Origin: Octopus vulgaris
Taxonomy: Eukaryota
Reading direction: 5' to 3'
Assembly: GCA_951406725.2 (NCBI GenBank)
Contig: OX597823.1
Span: 23,932,001 to 23,996,000, forward strand
DNA length: 64,000 nt
Under the pieces are notes generated by a model, which saw only the letters and a program-made list of their open reading frames with translations, did no database searches and was not told the DNA's origin. This document shows positions 60,099 to 64,000 of the stretch, piece after piece. How positions within the stretch are numbered: position 1 is the stretch's first letter; each line of letters opens with the position of its first letter. Position numbers and translations under genes: made by a program.

Positions 60099-62381
60099 AT
60101 ATAGGTGTGTAGTTATGCATGTCCCTATGCATTCATAGATGTAGTGTATATGACTTTTCAATAATGTTTCAATATGAGTGACATGTTAGCTATTGAACTA
60201 ACAATTTTAAAATGCATATATACATATACACACTTATGTGCACACACATATACATTATATATATAAAGCTGCAAAAACATCACAAAAATATTGCAAAAAA
60301 CTGCTACTCAGAGTTTCACATTCCCATTCTGGATCACAACTGCCTGCCCAGAATGGATCACAACTGCCCTGCAAACAGGAGCATGAAACTCTGAGTAGCA
60401 GTTTTTTGTGATGTTTTTACAGCTTTAATAATAGAGTATATTACTCTGCCTCTGGTATTCGAGTACTATTTTTTCCCATCTTGTTTTTATATACATGTAC
60501 ATACACATACACAAATGCTAAGAGGAAAATACCTAATTTCTTAACATGACAGCTATTTCAAAAAGCTCAAAGTTGTGTAATAATTGTAATATTCAAAATT
60601 TGCATAGAGAATATGCAAAAAGTCTTGTGTAAACCACTGGCAAACACTCCCTGAGTTTGGCTCTTTTCATCAAGAGAAAGTTGGTAAAAGCAGTTCACAT
60701 AGTAGTGCTAGAGATTTAAACAGTTGACAGGAGCGAAGAAGAAAAATAAGAACAAAAGGCAAGAAGAGGAAGGACAACATATGCAATGCAGGAAGGCAGA
60801 ACAGAGATGGAAAAGAAGAAATGAAAGGCGTGGAAAGGGGGGAGGAATTCTATTACATAGGTGGAATGAACAGATATTGAAAGGGGTGAAGATAGAACAC
60901 CTTCCTCATGAGCCAAGTTTTCAGTAACCTTTTCACATTTTACAGGAAAAAGAAGTTGAGTGCTGAGAGGGAAGTGTGGTCTTCCAGAAAATTTGTTGAA
61001 TGTAAATGAGAGTGGTAAGCATGGTCTAAATGTACAGGACAGGTCTGAGCATATGCCTGTAGATTGGAAGCAGACAACATTTGCCTTTGTAGTCATGGTA
61101 ACTATGACTTTGCGTGGTGTCCATGAGTAATCTTCAGATGTCTCCTATTCTTTGGGGAAATTTTCTTTGTTTGAAATCTTTGTTTCTTTGTTATTTTATG
61201 TTTCACATGTTCTTTAACATAGTCCTACTTTATATCTTCATTTATCATCCTCAATGTTCTCATCTATCTTTAGAGATCAATAAAAAGAATATTATAATTA
61301 ATATTTTATAGGTAATTTTAAATTACATAAGATTATCCGTTATTGAAATTTTGAATAAACCATGAAAAAGCCATCTGGTGCATTTTAAACCGTAATCCAT
61401 TCCCAAAATTATTTTTTAGCATAAGCCAATCTTCTCAGAATAAATGTGAGTTCTAGTACATCACAGGACAGACACAAAATATTCACCTGAATGGTTCAGT
61501 TGTATATAATCTATTTGTAGAATGGTGTGCATTTCTTTGATATTGAATGGCCATAACAACACTTGAAACATTGGTTAGTAACCTGTTTAAATGAGTACTG
61601 ACACTACAATATTGCACCATTAGAGGAGAGATATACAAATGTATTGTCTGGAGCTTAAGTAGCGAGACAAGGTTTCAGATAAGTCTCAAGATATTCTGTG
61701 ACTCACATGAACTCTGATTATGGTTTCATTTTGTGGATCAATCATTTATTTATAATAAATTTTCCATTTACAAAATTATGCACCAAGTGCTTTACCATAT
61801 TTAATATATACTACAAAAATAGGTGGTAAACTGGCAAGTTTCTTAGCATGCCAAGCAAAATGCTTAGTGGCATTTCATACATCTTGACATTCTGAGTTCA
61901 AATTCCAGTGAGGTCAACTTTGCCTTTCCTCTTTTTGGTGTTGATAAAGTAAGTACCAGTTGAGCACTGGGATTGATGTAATTAACTAACCCACTCCCCT
62001 GAAATTGCTGGCTTTGAGCCTAAATTTGAAACCAATATATGCTAGAAGATATGTATGGTGTTTATTTGTATGTTTATGGTGTATGCATGTGCTCAGGTGT
62101 GTGTATGACTTAACAATGCATTTCTAATTTTCTTTTGCTTTTTTCAGCCAATGGTGAGCCTTTTGTATTACTAAATGTTACCTTACCAGAGAAGAATCAA
62201 ATTGGAAGGCTTAAGAATATGAACTTAAAGAAGTGTAAAGAAGCTTGCTATGTGTATCCAGTATGTAATGCCTTTCAGTACAACAAGAAAGCTAAATTTT
62301 GTGATCTAAGCAATGTGACACAGTTGACTGAAGGACTTAGACCTAGCAGTGTAACTTGGGATGTATACATAATTTACCCAA
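93..62381 (+). CDS. Partial multi-exon gene encoding a large modular extracellular protein of repeated PAN-PAN-Sushi units (15 exons in window; extends beyond both ends)
   Basis: 15 paralogous exons in three classes. Each has a pyrimidine tract+AG and a GT donor, a length divisible by 3, phase 1-1 and no stop. They join into 1071 codons. Confidence 0.88.
1056..1405 (-). mobile_element. tRNA-derived SINE (octopus-type)
   Basis: 'gctatagtagaagacacttacccaaagtgtcacgcagcagaacagaacctagaacc...cttaccac' recurs at about 5540-5700; reverse complement has a B-box-like ggttc motif. Confidence 0.6.
1518..1748 (+). CDS. Exon B1, PAN/Apple-like domain (second type)
   Basis: ttttcag|CT GAC AAG ... ACC CCA G|gtcagt; 231 nt; CNEACFQYPDCNSYEYNEKDKLCDLS...WDSY. 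Confidence 0.9.
1953..2123 (+). CDS. Exon C1, Sushi/CCP domain
   Basis: ctttag|TT TAC ATG AAA ATT GAT TGT GGA CCA CCG ... TGC AAA G|gtaatg; 171 nt; IDCGPP..YNSEVTYTC..C..KW..C. Confidence 0.9.
3916..4070. repeat. Compound microsatellite (CT)n(AT)n(GT)n(GACA)n
   Basis: Direct reading. Confidence 0.95.
4240..4635. repeat. Imperfect inverted repeat (arms about 4240-4370 and 4510-4635)
   Basis: tttacagaacaaatttacatgga versus tccatataaatttgttctgtaaa; mirrored ORFs 4145- and 4518+. Confidence 0.75.
4823..4908 (+). ncRNA. Degenerate minimal (type I) hammerhead ribozyme motif
   Basis: CTGATGA (4827-4833), stem II ggggagtgtctg/cggacatatctcc, then GAAAC (4892-4896); stem III and cleavage site decayed. 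Confidence 0.55.
6596..6835 (+). CDS. Exon A2, PAN/Apple-like domain
   Basis: tctag|AT ACT CAT ... TTA AAA T|gtaatt; 240 nt; CEKKCLSDENCLSFEINVKSRQC. Confidence 0.88.
6917..7320 (+). mobile_element. Mariner 5' fragment (decayed)
   Basis: TIR-like tatgagggtgagttgaaaagttcatag followed by a decayed transposase N-terminus; TIR resembles that at about 49950. Confidence 0.6.
7860..9370 (-). mobile_element. RTE-clade LINE 5' part (AP endonuclease remnant and putative 5' region with tandem monomers)
   Basis: ORF 7945..8223: AGDF..HVG, GFGLRNEVGRSLLEFC, SQINYIL. Confidence 0.75.
9412..9470. repeat. (TA)n microsatellite (similar tracts near 21243, 43865, 48675, 49065, 60035, 62455)
   Basis: Direct reading. 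Confidence 0.95.
9502..9588 (-). ncRNA. Degenerate minimal hammerhead ribozyme motif
   Basis: Minus strand: tgcag CTGAAGA [imperfect stem II] GAAAC GATC ATA cagca; homologous to the 48737-48820 copy. Confidence 0.6.
10652..10885 (+). CDS. Exon B2, PAN/Apple-like domain
   Basis: cttccag|TC GAT GAT GAG ... AAT CCA G|gtaagt; 234 nt; CNESCHRRERCTSYAYNVNNKVC. Confidence 0.9.
10970..11330 (+). mobile_element. RTE LINE 3' fragment (old)
   Basis: Similar to the ETWAL..RLERNE..W segment of the other RTE copies. Confidence 0.6.
11364..14760 (-). mobile_element. Near full-length decayed RTE LINE (endonuclease, RT, Cys/His finger, 3' UTR with about 23-bp minisatellite at 11520-11770)
   Basis: ORF fragments GRNTTDAIFIVRELQEKYL..FIDLEKAFERVP, NLIDYILIR, GTCGSGRCKKTW; many stops and frameshifts. 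Confidence 0.88.
14820..15790. mobile_element. Fragments of a second RTE-like LINE family, in both orientations
   Basis: + strand caaggagatactatctctccaaatctcttc (QGDTISPNLF) and a decayed F.DDI RT motif. Confidence 0.55.
15900..17460 (+). mobile_element. Decayed R4/Dong-like non-LTR retrotransposon fragment
   Basis: THNFFVDDMKIYAK (about 16050), GMEFG, YKYL, DTVAKTIY motifs. Confidence 0.6.
17486..18334 (-). mobile_element. Internally deleted mariner
   Basis: TIRs caagggggtacccaaaag / cttttgggtaccccctcg|ta; MADKREQHASVKFCFLLGKTA transposase N-terminus. Confidence 0.8.
18683..18853 (+). CDS. Exon C2a, Sushi/CCP domain (not in ORF track)
   Basis: tttccag|TT TAC ATA CAG ATT GAC TGT ... TGT AAA G|gtaatg; 171 nt; YIQIDCETPKDIVGTSKSYKNTTYKSEVTYICQGGEQLKSICEKDNKWTPVKSKCK. 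Confidence 0.9.
19726..21240 (-). mobile_element. RTE LINE 3' end with long 3' UTR and (GAT)n tail
   Basis: catcatcatcgtttaac tail; LHGRETWALNAE motif at about 21180-21240. Confidence 0.7.
20480..20795. repeat. Direct duplication, period about 177 bp
   Basis: gatagcaatgata...gaggacaggattggggagtg...aagttttcttg occurs twice. Confidence 0.85.
21271..22922 (+). mobile_element. 5'-truncated young RTE LINE (RT C-terminal half, Cys/His finger, 3' UTR, (GAT)n tail)
   Basis: ORF 21182..22222: GVLQDSVCSPLLF, LLYADDLAL, CSIC..CTQCKLWTHKRC..CGRC, FHYLG. Confidence 0.92.
23041..23211 (+). CDS. Exon C2b, second consecutive Sushi/CCP domain (not in ORF track)
   Basis: atttcag|CT TTT GAA GAT ATT GAC TGT ... 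TGT AAA G|gtaaca; 171 nt; FEDIDCGNPKDIAGAAMSYKTTTYKSEVTYTCPKGEQLKSVCEKNNKWTPIASTCK. Confidence 0.9.
25059..25298 (+). CDS. Exon A3, PAN/Apple-like domain
   Basis: atttcag|AT ACT CAG ATG CAT ... ATA GTT T|gtaatt; 240 nt. Confidence 0.88.
27040..28060 (-). mobile_element. Decayed R4/Dong-like retrotransposon fragment
   Basis: Degenerate RT C-terminal and zinc-knuckle-like sequence on the minus strand. Confidence 0.4.
29119..29481. mobile_element. Tc1-type MITE with 134-bp TIRs
   Basis: 29119-29252 is the near-perfect reverse complement of 29348-29481; terminus cagtggggggaaataaatatt; right flank TA. Confidence 0.85.
29568..29798 (+). CDS. Exon B3, PAN/Apple-like domain
   Basis: ttttcag|CT GAC AAA CCT ... 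AGC CCA G|gtcagt; 231 nt; CNKACYQYQQCNSYEYHEKSKSC. Confidence 0.9.
30469..30573. repeat. 35-bp minisatellite, three copies
   Basis: atccatYcatctgtttttgatatgttcRtacacca x3. Confidence 0.95.
32270..33070 (-). mobile_element. RTE LINE 3' fragment with tail
   Basis: Same 3' end and GRPRKTW-type coding remnant as other copies. Confidence 0.75.
33100..34950 (-). mobile_element. Decayed R4/Dong-like retrotransposon, interrupted by a foldback element
   Basis: KNYRPITYLNVMYKLCTGC..NEQAGGKR (ORF 33121..33336). Confidence 0.6.
33468..34178. mobile_element. Non-autonomous foldback DNA element with about 230-bp inverted arms and an internal TTAGGG-like tract
   Basis: 33468-33705 is the reverse complement of about 33950-34178 (mirrored ORFs 33493+ and 33920-). 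Confidence 0.8.
35500..35670 (+). CDS. Exon C3, Sushi/CCP domain (coding frame not in ORF track)
   Basis: actccag|TT TTC ACA AAA GTT GAC TGT ... TGT AAA G|gtaatg; 171 nt; FTKVDCGPPTQVVGAEKSYTTSTYKSEVTYTCPEGIMFTSVCKEDNKWSPVVSSCK. Confidence 0.9.
36697..36930 (+). CDS. Exon A4, PAN/Apple-like domain
   Basis: ttctag|TT ACT GTA GTC CAT ... CGA ATA A|gtaatt; 234 nt (two codons shorter, frame kept). Confidence 0.88.
37195..37263. repeat. (TAG)n(TTG)n microsatellite
   Basis: Direct reading. Confidence 0.95.
37428..38717 (+). mobile_element. Full-length mariner transposon, 1290 bp, TA target-site duplication
   Basis: ta|cgagggacattcaataagtaatgcctctgacccactt ... aagtgggtcaggggcattacttattgaacgcccctcg|ta. 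Confidence 0.95.
37595..38644 (+). pseudogene. Mariner transposase with two frameshifts (near 37785 and 38425)
   Basis: WIPRLL, TQDETW, LLQDNAPVH, YFPDLAPSDF spread over three overlapping ORFs. Confidence 0.92.
39411..41967 (-). mobile_element. Full-length pogo/Tigger-like transposon, 2557 bp, TA TSD, disrupted transposase starting at 41561
   Basis: ta|cagtgatccct ... agggatcactg|ta; MAPK start, CENP-B-type HTH, QVFNMD..LFWK, LLMDN, PNTTSLIQPVDQGVI. Confidence 0.93.
43251..43345. repeat. (CTAT)n microsatellite
   Basis: Direct reading. Confidence 0.95.
43416..43453 (+). ncRNA. Degenerate very short hammerhead motif
   Basis: tcttt CTGtTGA a gagc gtag gctc aAAAC GTT aaaga: stems I and II pair; two core substitutions. 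Confidence 0.55.
43730..43818 (-). ncRNA. Minimal type I hammerhead ribozyme, near-intact
   Basis: Minus strand: taac CTGATGA gtgactatattta...taaatatagccac GAAA t acat GTC gtta; stem I taac/gtta, long stem II, GUC triplet. Confidence 0.78.
44036..45085 (-). mobile_element. Young 5'-truncated RTE LINE
   Basis: KFRELLPLLVTKGLSLRVKGRLYDACVR; intact 3' UTR and (GAT)n tail. Confidence 0.9.
45900..46500 (-). mobile_element. CR1/L2-like LINE fragment (region between endonuclease and RT)
   Basis: Minus strand reads IKSNPTAFYKFA..GPLLKKDGTLTANP..SEILNE..KSIFS. Confidence 0.55.
48238..48471 (+). CDS. Exon B4, PAN/Apple-like domain (not in ORF track)
   Basis: tttctag|CC AAT GAT CCC ... AAC CCA G|gttagc; 234 nt; NDPIFSFKRCSIKGQDVFERLNNVTLKECEQACRNTPECHSFEYQEQYNFCDRSNATHLTHQLQPSAWGWNLYIINP. 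Confidence 0.88.
48737..48820 (-). ncRNA. Minimal type I hammerhead ribozyme, intact core
   Basis: Minus strand: tgg CTGATGA gtgctcagcatttta...taaaatgatgtagcat GAAAC GATC GTA cca; palindromic stem III ACGATCGT, GUA triplet. Confidence 0.82.
49111..49230 (+). mobile_element. Isolated 120-bp internal RTE fragment
   Basis: Near-identical to 21688-21810. Confidence 0.85.
49950..50710 (-). mobile_element. Mariner 3' fragment (decayed)
   Basis: LFHQDNALVY..FELVDH..SLDLAPFNYHLF; TIR at about 49950. Confidence 0.8.
50780..51680 (-). mobile_element. Penelope-like element fragment (RT C-terminus and GIY-YIG region)
   Basis: NCKTKNLIYCIT (ORF 50924..51205) and LPF..LII..DTHQYLNF near 51590-51675. Confidence 0.75.
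51840..53040 (+). mobile_element. Decayed RTE LINE RT fragment
   Basis: QFGFLPGRSTAGAHFLVRHIQEK..LEKSIDIVP. Confidence 0.8.
53070..53500 (-). mobile_element. RTE LINE fragment, inverted
   Basis: Minus strand YADDLALIA and Cys/His finger region. Confidence 0.75.
54072..54245 (+). CDS. Exon C4, Sushi/CCP domain (not in ORF track)
   Basis: attctag|TT TAC TCA AAA ATT GAC TGT ... TGT AAA G|gtaatg; 174 nt (one extra GTT codon). Confidence 0.9.
56987..57223 (+). CDS. Exon A5, PAN/Apple-like domain
   Basis: ttccag|TT GCT CAG ATC TAT ... GTA AAA T|gtaatt; 237 nt. Confidence 0.88.
58345..59302 (+). mobile_element. Young RTE LINE 3' end
   Basis: GVQERRLHCYGHVARMDEDSCVKKC..GRGKPRKTW; (GAT)n tail. Confidence 0.9.
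60362..60403 (+). ncRNA. Degenerate hammerhead motif within an inverted repeat
   Basis: aactgc [decayed core] ... GAAAC TCTGA GTA gcagtt; 6-bp stem I, stem III ACTC-T-GAGT. Confidence 0.45.
61820..62035 (+). mobile_element. tRNA-derived SINE (family also found, decayed, next to A and C exons)
   Basis: ttctgagttcaaattcc (B-box-like) ...gtcaactttgcctttc...gttgataaagtaagtaccag. Confidence 0.65.
62148..62381 (+). CDS. Exon B5, PAN/Apple-like domain
   Basis: ttttcag|CC AAT GGT GAG ... TAC CCA A|gttagt; 234 nt; CKEACYVYPVCNAFQYNKKAKFC. Confidence 0.87.
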
Positions 62382-62453
62382 GTTAGTAAAGTGTTTTCAT
62401 TTAATTTATTAAGTGTGTGTCAGTGTGTATTTAGATATATGTTTATGTGTGCA

Positions 62454-62498
<45 letters not shown>

Positions 62499-62519
62499 CA
62501 TATACTTATACACAAGGGG

Positions 62520-62940
62520 ATTAGATACCTCAAATACCCAGAAAGTCCCTCAGGGTTGTTGATAGATTCTCTTTCTGAGGTGACCAAATTAGCAATAGTG
62601 TGAGATGTTCTGAAAGTATTGATGCAAGAATAAAAATGGGTGGAAGAAGTTCAGAAAGTTATTCTGTTGGCAACAAAAGGACTCTCTCTCAGAGAAAAGG
62701 CAGATTGTATGATGCTTGTGTATGTCCATAGTAGTCTAGATATGAGCCCTGAATGCAGAAGACATACATAGAGATTAGTGAGGAATGAAGCTAGTATGCT
62801 CCAATGTATATGCAACATCAGTTTGCATGTATAAGAAAGTGCAAGTATGTTAAGAGAAGTGTTGGACATATGAGGAATCAGATGCAGCATGCAAGAGAGA
62901 AGACTAGTTGGTTTGGACATGTGATGTGCATGAATGAAGC
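62520..62940 (+). mobile_element. RTE LINE 3' fragment (old)
   Basis: Similar to the KGLSLR..GRLYDACV segment. Confidence 0.65.
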
Positions 62941-63019
62941 ATGTGGCTTCATTTTCCTCCAGCCTTCATTTGTCCTTTGTAGTCACAATTTATGTTTTAC
63001 AGACATGTAGCATAGCTGC

Positions 63020-64000
63020 TTATGCACAAGCATCATAAAATTTACATTTCGCTCTGAGGAAGAGACTTTTTGTTACCAACAATGTTAATAACTGTCTGAA
63101 TTTTGCCCAGCCAGTTCTTATTCCAGCAACTACACATTCAAAGCATCCTCTCCCACTGCTAATTTGGTCACTTAAGTTGCAGAAACTATCTACTATTTGT
63201 AAGAATCTCCCTGGACATTTGAGGAAATATATTTCATGTACATTCTTAATGTTTATTGTACCTGCACATCTGTCGCACAAAGACTACTTTCTCTACTAAT
63301 TTTCCTGTAGCAGTTGCACTCTTATGTGTCCCTATCTTGCACTAGGTACAACTTATGAAATTTCTACCTACACCTTTTTTGCACATTGTGCAGGGCCACC
63401 TTCCTGAAGGGATTAGTAATTTGTCTACTTTCTTACTCACTTAGATTTTGATCTCTGCTAAATTAACTCTAAAACCCTTTAATTCCAGACTTTGCTTCCA
63501 CACATGAAATTTCTCCTCTAATTCCAGCAGAGATTCAGTATTAAGAATAAAATTATCAGCATAGAGGAGTTCCCAAGAGCAACAAGTCTTAAATTCCTGT
63601 ATTATTATCAGATCTATGATAAACAAGAGTGGAGCTGATACGTAGTCCTTTGTTAATTCCTACCTACACACTAAATTCATTGCTATACTCATTGCCAACT
63701 ATCAGCATCCATGAACATGACATGCATGGCTCTCACCAACCACTCATCTAACTCTAGCTTCCACATTGACTACCAGACAAGGGAACAAGGGACACTGTCA
63801 AAGATTATCTCCATGTTGACAAAATCCAGGCACAGATGTTTAATTTTACTAAATGGTTCTCTTGCAGTTGCTTTACTAAAATGATAACATTAGTGCTACT
63901 CCCTGACACAAAAGAAAGCTGCACCTCATCTCTTCCTAATTAGTCGAACTATGGCTTTTTCTGTAACTTTTATGACCTTGTTCAGCAACTTGATACCTCT
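63020..64000 (-). mobile_element. RTE LINE RT fragment running off the window
   Basis: WELLYADNFIL; GWAKFRQLLTLLVTKSLFLR. Confidence 0.8.

Overview
AT-rich, repeat-dense eukaryotic DNA. The SINE, RTE-LINE and microsatellite content looks like an octopus (coleoid cephalopod); this is an inference from repeat types. The whole window lies inside one large + strand gene made of a tandemly amplified three-exon module: exon A (PAN/Apple-like domain), exon B (a second PAN/Apple-like domain) and exon C (a short Sushi/CCP domain). I read 15 exons in the order A1 B1 C1 | A2 B2 C2a C2b | A3 B3 C3 | A4 B4 C4 | A5 B5. All have AG/GT ends, are phase 1-1 and are stop-free, totalling 3213 nt (1071 codons). 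No start or stop exon falls in the window, and five exons are missing from the ORF track. The introns retain paralogous sequence and hold many transposons: RTE LINEs, R4/Dong-like and Penelope-like fragments, a full-length mariner, a full-length pogo/Tigger-like element, MITE/foldback elements and SINEs. The introns also contain six minimal hammerhead-ribozyme motifs, mostly beside (TA)n tracts; two look intact or nearly so. Exon and ribozyme coordinates were read base by base, while transposon boundaries without TIRs are approximate.
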